A DNA stretch of 64,000 nt from an uncultured virus (IMG/VR IMGVR_UViG_3300004093_000014). Taxonomy: Duplodnaviria > Heunggongvirae > Uroviricota > Caudoviricetes. Below, in pieces: positions 56,029 to 64,000 of this stretch (its first letter is position 1; each line of letters starts with the position of its first letter). Location of the stretch: IMG/VR virus record IMGVR_UViG_3300004093_000014, one strand, 5' to 3'. The notes below the pieces were generated by a model. That model was not told where the DNA came from. It searched no databases and saw only the letters and a program-made list of their open reading frames with translations. A program made the position numbers and the translations under genes.

Positions 56029-56370
56029 CTAGCGCCACGACGCGCACTCCCCGTTCTTGAAGGCGCGAAGGCGACGAGCGGTCGCCAAAGTCACGCCGAG
56101 AGAGTTGCCGTTGGCGTAGCCGAGATCGCAGGCCAGAACGCCGAGCGGCCGATTAGACCTCTCCGCAATTTCGAGAACCGCGAGCATGCGGTTGCCCGGT
56201 CCGCTGCGGACCAGGAGACCCTTTACGTGCTTGTTCACGAGGTTCTTCGATCGGCCGACCAATCTGGCGATCTCGCGCACGGAATGACCCGACCGAGCGA
56301 GTTCCTGCATCCGAACGACCTCGGAGCGCATGACCGGCTTCACGATGCCTTTGCTTGGCGTCGCCATCAT
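56029..56370 (-). CDS. HTH DNA-binding protein
   Basis: LARSGHSVREIARLVGRSKNLV. Confidence 0.7.
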   Translation of the reverse strand: MMATPSKGIVKPVMRSEVVRMQELARSGHSVREIARLVGRSKNLVNKHVKGLLVRSGPGNRMLAVLEIAERSNRPLGVLACDLGYANGNSLGVTLATARRLRAFKNGECASWR

Positions 56371-56709
56371 CAGCCTCCGAACGACCCGACAGCCGGCAGA
56401 TCGCGGTCGCGGCTTACCGCGCGCTTCTCGGCGTTCACGGCCATCTCGCAGGCGAGGCGCGACACGTGACGCAACTCGGGCGCGTCGAGGTCTGCGGCAG
56501 CGTCGATGCGCGCGCCGGTCTCGGTCTCGACCATGTCGACGACCGCACGACCGTCGCGCTCAATGCCAAAGGCAGTCAGAGTGCTCATGCGAACACCCAG
56601 CAGCCGCCGACGACCGCCGGGAGGCAGCACGCCGCGATGACGGGTCGGAAGCCGATAAAGCTGCAAGCCAGCACCGCGGCCGAGCAGGCGAAGGGAAGAG
56701 CGAGGACGG

Positions 56710-56955
56710 TCATGCCGGGATGGCCTCAAGCGTCGGGCGCTCGATACCGGCGGGCCAGCTGAGATGAGCGGGCCAGTTTTGCGAGAAGAACAGCATCGCG
56801 CTCTCGTACCGACCGAGGAAAAGGTCTCGGCCGCCTTCGAGCGCGTCCAGCTTGTTCGTGTCCTGGAAGAGCCGCCAGCTAACGGTGGTGCGCTCCAATC
56901 CGAGCGCATCGCCGTACAAGCCGGCAAGTCTGAGGATCTTTTCGCGTCCAGTCAT
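56710..56955 (-). CDS. Cro-like protein
   Basis: Divergent from cI; TVSWRLFQD..KL..LEGG...FSQNWP...WP. Confidence 0.75.
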   Translation of the reverse strand: MTGREKILRLAGLYGDALGLERTTVSWRLFQDTNKLDALEGGRDLFLGRYESAMLFFSQNWPAHLSWPAGIERPTLEAIPA

Positions 56956-56981
56956 CGGGACCCTGAGGGTTCGGTCCCGTC

Positions 56982-57058
56982 TTTATCGGTATTTCTACCG
57001 CGACTGTCAACGGCCTTTTTACCGCTCGTAGCTGGTCACGGCCGCGGGCATTCTACCG
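56982..57058. promoter_or_regulatory. OR-like region: three CGGTA-N4-TACCG-type operators and PR-like promoter
   Basis: 56987 CGGTATTTCTACCG, 57011 CGGCCTTTTTACCG, 57045 CGGGCATTCTACCG; minus-strand TTGACA-N17-GATAAA. Confidence 0.85.
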
Positions 57059-57060
57059 GT

Positions 57061-57846
57061 ATGGAATTGCAAGAGATTTTGGCGCGCATCGCGCACAGGC
57101 TGGAAGTGGTGGGCCTGACCGAAAGCGCCGCCTCGAAGCTGGCCGGCAAACCGGATGCCATACGCAATCTTCGCCGGGCGCTCGAAAAAACCGGTCGCCA
57201 GGGCGTGAGCACCGCGACGCTTAATGCTCTAGCGCCGGTTCTGCGCACCACCACAGAGTGGCTTCTTGCAGGCGCTGGGACGGAGGAAAGAGGAGCTACC
57301 AGCTCGGGCCCTGGTACCGAACATCGCCTAGCCGGCACAGCCTCAACGCATTCAGACGCTTCAGTCGTGCTGTCCACTCGTCGGCTCGTGAGAGCGACTT
57401 ACGCCGGCTTGGTTGAGGCCGGATCGTTCCGGGAGGTGGCCGACTACGACGATCTGATCCACGAGGCTATCTACGAGCCCTGTGATCCGGAGTATCCAAA
57501 CTGCCCGCTGCTGGTGTTCGAGGTGCGCGGAGAAAGCATGAACGCCCTACAGCCGCGGGCAATTCTGGAGGGCGACCGCGTCATCGCGCTTGACTTTGAA
57601 GGTCTTAGGGGACGCGTTCCGCTGCGGACTGGTATGATCGTCGTCGTGCAGCAGTCGAAGGACGGCGGCCACCTGGTGGAGCGATCGGTGAAGCAGCTGG
57701 AGGTCTACGAGGACCGGTATGAATTCCACCCGCGGTCGACGAAGAAGAAGTACAAGCCGATCGTCGTGGCTCACAACATGGACCCGGACGACGGGCAGGA
57801 AGTCCGCATTCTCGGATGGGCGCGGCGCTTTTCCAACACCCTTTAG
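57061..57846 (+). CDS. cI: CI-like repressor with S24 peptidase domain
   Basis: N-terminal HTH, VEAG cleavage site, GESM Ser, VKQL Lys. Confidence 0.9.
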   Translation: MELQEILARIAHRLEVVGLTESAASKLAGKPDAIRNLRRALEKTGRQGVSTATLNALAPVLRTTTEWLLAGAGTEERGATSSGPGTEHRLAGTASTHSDASVVLSTRRLVRATYAGLVEAGSFREVADYDDLIHEAIYEPCDPEYPNCPLLVFEVRGESMNALQPRAILEGDRVIALDFEGLRGRVPLRTGMIVVVQQSKDGGHLVERSVKQLEVYEDRYEFHPRSTKKKYKPIVVAHNMDPDDGQEVRILGWARRFSNTL

Positions 57847-58079
57847 GCGGCCGCCTCCGCAAAAAAGGCCACGAGGCTGGCCCGCTCGCCGGCACAGCGC
57901 TCGCACTCGTAGGGGATGAATGTGAGCATCGTGCGGATGGTGCGCTCGATCTCGTAAGGGCTGGCCCTGGCGGCCGGCACCTCTACCCGCGGGCAGCTCT
58001 CGCTGTAGCAGGACACGCAGCGTAGGCGCAGCTTGTAGGGCTGGTGCGTTCCGTTCCTGTTTGCGAAATGCACGGCCAC
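57843..58079 (-). CDS. Small Zn-finger protein convergent with cI
   Basis: CVSC...CERC. Confidence 0.5.
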   Translation of the reverse strand: MAVHFANRNGTHQPYKLRLRCVSCYSESCPRVEVPAARASPYEIERTIRTMLTFIPYECERCAGERASLVAFFAEAAA

Positions 58080-58187
58080 CTCACAGCTGAGCCGTCAGCT
58101 TCAACCAGAGATGGAGAGTCGGCAAGCGATCATTTTGAGCCACTTCACTCCTGTGGACAGAGGTGGATAGCGCTTGGCGCACGGATG

Positions 58188-58237
58188 CGGTTTTTCTACC
58201 GCTTGCAGTTGACGCGGTAAAAGTACCGCGGTACGGT
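58188..58237 (+). promoter_or_regulatory. OL-like region: two operators and PL-like promoter
   Basis: 58188 CGGTTTTTCTACCG, 58215 CGGTAAAAGTACCG; TTGACG-N17-TACGGT. Confidence 0.85.
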
Positions 58238-58374
58238 CACTCATCGAAGCCGCCCTGACGGAGCGCACGATGACCGCCTCACAGATCGTATTCCTCGCTG
58301 CCTTCGCCCCGATCTTCGGCGGCTCGCTCTTCTGGCTCGGCGGTCACGTCGCTTTCGCGATGGAGGTCTGAGCC

Positions 58375-58734
58375 ATGGCCGCCGACACCTTCTTCTTCCG
58401 CCGCAACGGGTTGTTTTACGACGTCGTTTGCGAGCGCACCGGCGAGGTCGTTGAGGAGCTGCTCGACTGCGTGGCCGAGGCTCGCAACTACGCCCAGATC
58501 CACACCGAGCGCGCCGCAGAGGCCGAAGCCGCCGAGCAGGCCGAGCTGGCCTCCCAGGATGCCGATTACCGCGCCGAGAGCGACATGCTCGACCGGATCT
58601 ACCGCGAGGTGGCGCACAAGTACGACGCCGGCATGCCGGAGACCGCGCCGGCCAATCGGGCGGTGAAGTTGGTCCTTGAGGCGATCGACGGCATCAGCAA
58701 GCCGGCCGCCGGCGAGATGGCGGAGGCGGCGTGA
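58375..58734 (+). CDS. Early hypothetical protein
   Basis: GGAGG RBS. Confidence 0.65.
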   Translation: MAADTFFFRRNGLFYDVVCERTGEVVEELLDCVAEARNYAQIHTERAAEAEAAEQAELASQDADYRAESDMLDRIYREVAHKYDAGMPETAPANRAVKLVLEAIDGISKPAAGEMAEAA

Positions 58735-58982
58735 TGGTCTCGCTCCCCTCTCAGTCCGGCCTCTCGCCGAACCTCAGCCACCTCTTCGCCCTTCCGGCTA
58801 AGTTCTTGGCGCGCCACGAAAGCCCGGCGGCCATTGCTATCCTGTGCGAGGGCATCGCGTCGGGTCTGCTACTCGCCTCGCAGAGCGCACCTGAGGGCGA
58901 CCTGTGCGGCGCCGAGGACCTAGCCGACGCTGCGGTCTGGTTCGCCAAGGTGTCCACGAAGCTGCGCGGGGCGGTGCAGTGA
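58731..58982 (+). CDS. Early hypothetical protein
   Basis: GTGA coupling. Confidence 0.55.
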   Translation: MMVSLPSQSGLSPNLSHLFALPAKFLARHESPAAIAILCEGIASGLLLASQSAPEGDLCGAEDLADAAVWFAKVSTKLRGAVQ

Positions 58983-59100
58983 CCTGCGTCGACCTCCTTA
59001 ACGGCATCGCGCTCGGCATCGTCTCCGCGATCGCGACCGCCCTCGCCATCCTCGCCGAGCCGGCCGTGCGCCAGGCTCGCGCCGCGCGCCGGAAGATCCG

Positions 59101-59319
59101 ATGAACCAGTACACCTTCCTGCGCGCCCGCGGGTTCGCGCCCCCATTCCAGGCTGACGAGCGCTGCCGCGGGTCCGTGACGGACGCTGCCGGCAAGCTCG
59201 TGCCGATCCTCGTGCTGCCCAGCGTCGAGAGCGAGAACTGCCGCCTGACCTTGGCGCGATCAATCGCCGACAACCTCAACCGCGAGGCCGCCGAGCGCCA
59301 GAACCGGGGAGCCGCCTGA
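59101..59319 (+). CDS. Early hypothetical protein
   Basis: ATGA coupling. Confidence 0.55.
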   Translation: MNQYTFLRARGFAPPFQADERCRGSVTDAAGKLVPILVLPSVESENCRLTLARSIADNLNREAAERQNRGAA

Positions 59320-59489
59320 TGTCCTGGCTCAACTGGCCGAGCCTATTCATCGGCATCGGCATTGGCGTCGTCCTCTCGCTCGTCGGCGCCTTCTGCATCG
59401 GCATCCGGATCGCTCGCGAAGACCTCCGAGAGGAGGACAAGGAGCGGGAGGCGTATCGCAGGCTTGATGGTGAGGGCCGCGATGACTGA
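59319..59489 (+). CDS. Small single-TM protein
   Basis: Manual translation MSWLNWPSLFIGIGIGVVLSLVGAFCIG... Confidence 0.55.
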   Translation: MSWLNWPSLFIGIGIGVVLSLVGAFCIGIRIAREDLREEDKEREAYRRLDGEGRDD

Positions 59490-59982
59490 CTGGCCTCGCT
59501 ACCTCATGGGCTTTGCCCAGCACGCCGCCACCAAGTCCAAGGACAGCACGCAAGTCGGTGCCGTCCTCGTCGCCCCGAATGGCCGAACGGTGCTGCTGAC
59601 GGCCTACAACGGCCCGCCGGCTGGCGTGGACGATCTGCCCGAGCGCCGCGATCGGCCGGCGAAGTACCTCTTTGCCAGCCATGCGGAGGCGAACCTTTCG
59701 GCGTTCGCCGCTCAGCACGGCATCCGGACGGACGGCTGCTCTGTCTACGTCACACATCACCCGTGCGCTGCCTGCGCCCGCACGCTGATCCAGGCCGGCA
59801 TCCGCTCTGTCGTCTACGGCGATGGCACCACTTCGATGCCCCCGGAAGAGTTCTCAGCCGCAGCGAAGATGTTCGCCGAGGCCGGCGTGGAAGCGAGCGC
59901 TCTCCCCAGTCTTCCCGCTCTCCCCGCCACCGATGCCCTGGCCGCCGGGAAGGCGGGTGAGGACGAGAGGACCTGCGCATGA
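59482..59982 (+). CDS. dCMP deaminase-family protein
   Basis: KSKD..QVGAVLV, YNG.P, HAEAN, PCAAC. Confidence 0.9.
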   Translation: MTDWPRYLMGFAQHAATKSKDSTQVGAVLVAPNGRTVLLTAYNGPPAGVDDLPERRDRPAKYLFASHAEANLSAFAAQHGIRTDGCSVYVTHHPCAACARTLIQAGIRSVVYGDGTTSMPPEEFSAAAKMFAEAGVEASALPSLPALPATDALAAGKAGEDERTCA

Positions 59983-60731
59983 GCCGCACGATCATGTGGT
60001 GGTCCACCGGGGCCGCCAGCGCCATTGCAGCCCGTCTGATCCTCCGCGAGAAGCCGAACGCGATCATCGCCCGCTGCGAGACCAACAACGAGGATCCAGA
60101 CAACTACCGCTTCGAGGCGGACGTGATGCGCTGGCTCAACGCCTCAGTCACGGTGCTCCGATCCGACAAGTTCGAGAGCGTCCCTGAGGTGTGGCGCCGC
60201 GAGCGCTACATGGCCGGCATCGCTGGCGCGTCCTGCACCAGGGCGATGAAGGTCGAGCCCCGTCTCGCCTTCCAGCGGCCCGATGACGTCCACGTGTTCG
60301 GCTACACGGCCGACCGCGGTGACGTGGAGCGGTTCGAGCGCCTGAAGGCGACCTATTTCGAGCTGACGGTGCGCGCGCCGCTGATCGAGCAGGGGCTTAC
60401 CAAAGCCGCGACGCTCGCCATGGTCGAGCGCGCCGGGCTCAGGCTACCGCGCACCTACGGTCTGGGCTTCCCGAACGCGAACTGCCTGCGCACGGGGTGC
60501 GTGAAGGCTCAGTCGCCCGGCTACTGGGCGCTGTTCCGCCACCACTTCCCGGCCGAGTTCGCGGCTACCGCCGCCCAGGCGCGCGATCTCGGCGTTCGGC
60601 TGGCAAAGCTCCAGGGCGAGCGCGTCTTCATCGACGAGATCCCGGCTGACCAGCCGATGACCGAGGCGGTCGCTCCAGCCTGCGATTTTCTCTGCGTGCT
60701 CGCCGAAGATGGTCTGGAGAGTGCTGCATGA
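59979..60731 (+). CDS. PAPS-reductase-like (PP-loop, Cys-rich) phage protein
   Basis: WSTGAASA PP-loop variant, SCTRAMK, GYTAD, GFPNANCLRTGCVK. Confidence 0.7.
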   Translation: MSRTIMWWSTGAASAIAARLILREKPNAIIARCETNNEDPDNYRFEADVMRWLNASVTVLRSDKFESVPEVWRRERYMAGIAGASCTRAMKVEPRLAFQRPDDVHVFGYTADRGDVERFERLKATYFELTVRAPLIEQGLTKAATLAMVERAGLRLPRTYGLGFPNANCLRTGCVKAQSPGYWALFRHHFPAEFAATAAQARDLGVRLAKLQGERVFIDEIPADQPMTEAVAPACDFLCVLAEDGLESAA

Positions 60732-61051
60732 CCAGCTGCACCGAACCTACCTTCACGGCAACGATCTACCTCGCGGGCGATCTCGCGACGGCTCGGCAGG
60801 TCTGCCGCGAGTTCTGCATGTCGGGGCTCTGCGTCACGGTCGAGCCGACCGAGTTCATCTACACGGGCGGCGCCGAGGCTGGCGTGCGCGTCGGGCTGCT
60901 GAACTACCCGCGCTTCCCGGCCGAGCCCGATCTGATCTTCGCAAAGGCCATCGCGCTCGCGAACCGGCTGCGGGAGCGGCTGTGCCAGCACTCCTGGCTG
61001 ATCGTGACCCCGTCCGAAACGATCTGGGACAGCACGCGGGAGGCCGTATGA
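60728..61051 (+). CDS. Phage hypothetical protein
   Basis: CVTVEPTEFIYTGGAEAGVRVGLLNYPRFP; coupled. Confidence 0.7.
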   Translation: MTSCTEPTFTATIYLAGDLATARQVCREFCMSGLCVTVEPTEFIYTGGAEAGVRVGLLNYPRFPAEPDLIFAKAIALANRLRERLCQHSWLIVTPSETIWDSTREAV

Positions 61052-61112
61052 CCTCCGTCCTCCTCCCCCTCGCCCTAGCCGGCGCCATCGCGATCACCGC
61101 GGGAGATGACGC

Positions 61113-61367
61113 ATGAGCGAGCCCTTCAAGATCGACCGCAAGGCCGAGTGGGAGCGGATCGAGCGCGACGTCGCTCGGCTCGTGCCGGACCCGCAACTCG
61201 CCCTGCGCGTCTTCCGCGGCGCTCGACGCACCTGTGCCCGCCAGTGGCAGCGCTCGCCCAACTGGGTGCTCGCCATGGAGCTGTACACCACCGGCAGCAC
61301 CTACGCGCACGTCATCTGCCGGCGGATGGGCATCGACCCTGATGCGCGCACTGCGGAGGCCGCATGA
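61113..61367 (+). CDS. Phage hypothetical protein
   Basis: PNWV..ME...TGSTYA..IC..MGIDPD. Confidence 0.65.
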   Translation: MSEPFKIDRKAEWERIERDVARLVPDPQLALRVFRGARRTCARQWQRSPNWVLAMELYTTGSTYAHVICRRMGIDPDARTAEAA

Positions 61368-61419
61368 CCTCCCTCGCCCTGGCCGCCGGTCTGCTCGCCT
61401 ACACCGCAGGAGAAGCCGC

Positions 61420-61839
61420 ATGAGCACAACGCCTGTCCGCATCCAGCTCAGCCGGCGCAAGGGCTTCAACCTCCAGGAGGTGAGCCAATCGCTCAACGGC
61501 CTGCCGGCGGTGAAGGTCTGCCGCCCCGGCGTGTTCGGAAATCCGTTCACTCTAGAGGACGCGGTTGACGTTCACGATTGCTCTCGTGATGCGGCCCGTC
61601 GCTACGCGGTCGGCTGGTTTGAGGAGTGGATCACTCAGCCGGCGGACCACCACGATCAGACCGAGATGGGCGCATACGGCTACCTCAAGCCGTGGCGTGA
61701 ACGGCTGCTCGCCCGACTGGACGAGTTGCGAGGGAAGAACCTCGCCTGCTTCTGCCCGCTGCCTCGCCACGGCGAACCAGACCACTGCCACGCCGCGGTC
61801 CTCCTGCGCCTCGCGAACGTCCGGTGCGAGGCCGCATGA
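61420..61839 (+). CDS. DUF4326-family protein
   Basis: RIQLSRRKG, RPGVFGNPF, ELRGKNLACFC...CHAAVL. Confidence 0.85.
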   Translation: MSTTPVRIQLSRRKGFNLQEVSQSLNGLPAVKVCRPGVFGNPFTLEDAVDVHDCSRDAARRYAVGWFEEWITQPADHHDQTEMGAYGYLKPWRERLLARLDELRGKNLACFCPLPRHGEPDHCHAAVLLRLANVRCEAA

Positions 61840-61945
61840 CCGCCTCCGACGCCTACTGGCTCACCGTCGCCATGGTTGGCGCCATCGCAGCGTCCTCTGC
61901 CTTCGTTGGCTACCGGCTGGGACGGATTGTCCGCTCAGCAGGAGC

Positions 61946-63236
61946 TAAGCATCCCCTAGCCCATAAGAGCGAGGTTTAGGCCATGCTCGCGCATAGCCAT
62001 AGTTCGCGCTTTAACGGGCCCGGAACCGGGACCCTCCACACGCAGCAACGAGGTGCTTCCCCGCCGAAGTATCTCAATCGCAGCGTTTCTGTCGGCGTGG
62101 TCGCGGTGTCCGCAGGAGACGCATTCGAACACCGCTTGGTTCTTGCGGGATCGCGCGTCGATGGCACCGCAGGCCGAGCAGGTCTGCGAGCTGTAAGCGG
62201 CCGGCACGGTGATAACCCGCCCGCCACGTTCCTCCATTTTGTAGGTCAGGATCGTTTGAAATTGGCGCCAGCTGGCGTTGAGGATCGATCGGTTCAGTCC
62301 GGCTTTCTGCCTGACATTATGGCCTGGCTCGGCGACTGTGCCCCGAGCACTGGTCGTCATGCCGCGCGTGTCCAGGTCCTCCAGAACGGCAACGCCGAAG
62401 CGGTCGGCGATGCTGAGCGCGGCCCGGTGGTGGAAGTCGCGCCGGATACGCGCCTGCCGGCCCTGAAGACGAGCAACACGCTGCTGAGCCTTCCGGCGGC
62501 GACGGGATCCACGCTTGCGGCGAGAGACAACGCGCTGCGCTTTTCGCCGCTGAAGCTCAATCTTGCCCAGGCTGGCCGGCAGCGTCAGCATCTCACCGTT
62601 GGAAAGAGCGAGCGTTGTCGCGACACCGCGGTCAATTCCAACGCTGTCGGCGTGTGGCTCTATCTCGTCCTGCTCAATTTCGCAGACGAAGGAAATGTGC
62701 CAGCCAAGGTCACTGAGGCTGACAGTGACGTTTTTTATGTCGCCTTTGATCTTGCGCGTGTCTCGGAACTTAATCCAACCAATCTTCTGAAGCTTAACCT
62801 CAGACCATTTATCATTGAGCTGTCTGACAATGGCCTCTCTCCCCTGATAGCGGAAGCTATCGTTGACCCCCTTTTTCCGAGGAGTGGGGAAAGAAGCTCT
62901 GCCGCTGAAGAAGGCAGAGAAAGCTTCTTCCAAGTCTCTAAGAGCTTGTTCGAGGCAGGAGCGCTGCACCCCCGCAACCCAAGGATACTCCTTTCTGATC
63001 TGGGTTACTTCGATGGATTGGGACGATGCGCTGATATTCTTCTTGTGAATGCGCTTGTAATGGCGCCACCAGTCGCGCCTCTGTTCAAGCGCTATGTTAT
63101 AAATGAAGCGACAAGTCCCGGCGAACTGCCTGAACAAGCTTTCCTGCTCGGCGCTCGGGCTCAGTCGAAACCGATATCCACGGTTGATCTTCATGCGGTC
63201 AACAATAGCACGCCGCTGGCAGGCCGGCAAAACCTC
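61946..63236 (-). mobile_element. TnpB-only IS200/IS605-family (IS1341-like) element; ends inferred
   Basis: tnpB antisense in early operon, lower GC, no tnpA; removing 61946-63236 restores an open reading frame. Confidence 0.65.
61956..63194 (-). CDS. tnpB: RNA-guided endonuclease TnpB
   Basis: GYRFRLSP..Q...CRFIYN HTH; RuvC GIDRG, LEDL, HADRNAA; CSACG/CVSCG Zn finger. Confidence 0.95.
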   Translation of the reverse strand: MKINRGYRFRLSPSAEQESLFRQFAGTCRFIYNIALEQRRDWWRHYKRIHKKNISASSQSIEVTQIRKEYPWVAGVQRSCLEQALRDLEEAFSAFFSGRASFPTPRKKGVNDSFRYQGREAIVRQLNDKWSEVKLQKIGWIKFRDTRKIKGDIKNVTVSLSDLGWHISFVCEIEQDEIEPHADSVGIDRGVATTLALSNGEMLTLPASLGKIELQRRKAQRVVSRRKRGSRRRRKAQQRVARLQGRQARIRRDFHHRAALSIADRFGVAVLEDLDTRGMTTSARGTVAEPGHNVRQKAGLNRSILNASWRQFQTILTYKMEERGGRVITVPAAYSSQTCSACGAIDARSRKNQAVFECVSCGHRDHADRNAAIEILRRGSTSLLRVEGPGSGPVKARTMAMREHGLNLALMG

Positions 63237-63317
63237 ATCACGCATCCGAGGGCCGCCGCAGGAGCGAGGCGGACTTGGCTGCGCTGCCTCATTCGAACTC
63301 ACCGATAGGAGACTGAG

Positions 63318-63794
63318 ATGACGCTCAACATCCCGAACCTCGACAAGCTCATCGCGCATCTGGAGGCGCAGCCGGCGGAGCGGATCAATATGGGTTGGTG
63401 CCAAGTCAGAACTCGTCACGAGTGCGGCACTGCGGGCTGCATCATCGGTCACGCTCAACTACTGTTCGGCCTTGAGGGCTTCTTGGATGATCAGTTTGAG
63501 GCGATCCTTGGACTAAGTGTCCACCAGCGCCGGGCGCTCACCATGCCAAGTGGGTGGGATGACGAAAAGACTGGCGTGAAGCGCTACCCCGCCCACCGCG
63601 TCATCGCCACCCTCAAGCGCCTCCGCGACCACTACCTCGCCACGGGCGAGATCGTCGTGGACTGGGGACCGGAGCCGACCGCTGGCGAGCCCTGGGCCGC
63701 CCCGCAGGCTGTCGAACTGAAGGAGCCGGCTCTCCCGGCAGAGATCACCCAGCTTCTGTCCCTCGCCCCCGCGACCGAAACGTCGGGAGCGTGA
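63318..63794 (+). CDS. Phage hypothetical protein
   Basis: AGGAG RBS; HECGTAGCIIGHA. Confidence 0.7.
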   Translation: MTLNIPNLDKLIAHLEAQPAERINMGWCQVRTRHECGTAGCIIGHAQLLFGLEGFLDDQFEAILGLSVHQRRALTMPSGWDDEKTGVKRYPAHRVIATLKRLRDHYLATGEIVVDWGPEPTAGEPWAAPQAVELKEPALPAEITQLLSLAPATETSGA

Positions 63795-64000
63795 GGGATG
63801 GACCGCGCCTTCGTCATGCCTGAGGACGAGTGGTTCAAGCTCTGCACTCGCGCGTGCCGCGTCCGCCGCAAGGAGCACGGCAACGACCGCGGCTACTGCG
63901 AGGAGCACGACGGCATCTGTCCTGAGTGCGCTAGCGACGCCGCTCGCGCCGTACCCGCGAAATACCGCACCACCGAACAGCGGGCGGCCACCTTCGACCT

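Larger units (their letters stand above)
11454..64000. mobile_element. Temperate P22-like (podovirus-type) prophage, right end outside window
   Basis: Ordered modules: lysis, tailspike, ejection proteins, gp10/gp4-like, capsid, scaffold, portal, terminases, replication, cro/cI; no tape-measure or tail-tube genes. Confidence 0.95.

Noticed and set aside
59708..59717. Second target for the predicted TnpB guide (CCGCTCAGCA in the dCMP deaminase gene)
   Set aside because: Only a 10-nt match that excludes the seed and has no TAM; expected by chance
48660..61839. Many proteins ending in EAA/GAA as a shared degron
   Set aside because: More simply explained by GAGGC-type RBS plus ATGA/GTGA overlap for the next gene
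61956..63194. Nuclease-dead TnpB (TldR) or Cas12f
   Set aside because: All three RuvC acidic residues are present and no CRISPR array is adjacent

Overview
High-GC alphaproteobacterial chromosome; gene content suggests Methylobacterium-like, which is an inference. Bases 1 to ~11.4 kb are host genes: a transglutaminase-family gene (partial), serA, an FMN reductase, an SDR, a BA14K protein and many small stress-type proteins, several behind EcfG-type promoters. At 11454-11468 a 15-bp copy of a tRNA 3' end (likely tRNA-Asn) marks the left end of a >52-kb P22-like (podovirus-type) temperate prophage that runs off the right edge; no integrase is in the window. From left to right it carries a SLOG gene, an arc/mnt/antirepressor-like locus, morons (FkbM methyltransferase), a lysis cassette, tailspike/fibre/ejection genes, capsid-scaffold-portal, terminases, a NusG paralogue, an iteron origin, a prim-pol/helicase/Cas4-like/SSB/Sak4/RusA module with three HNH genes, a lambda-like cro/cI switch with five operators, an early operon (dCMP deaminase, PAPS-reductase-like, DUF4326) and a TnpB-only IS200/IS605-family element. 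The most unusual observations are: (i) fibre/tailspike-type late proteins that carry Sec-type signal peptides and paired cysteines, suggesting an exported adsorption module; (ii) an unannotated secreted cationic beta-hairpin-like peptide next to the endolysin; (iii) a four-unit hairpin array with a conserved ACGACAC loop before the scaffold gene; (iv) a pseudoknot-like element before the recombination genes; (v) an A-A-A-B-B-B triplicated head-tail adaptor; (vi) a reconstructable TnpB TAM/guide. All family calls are by-eye motif recognition; no searches were run.
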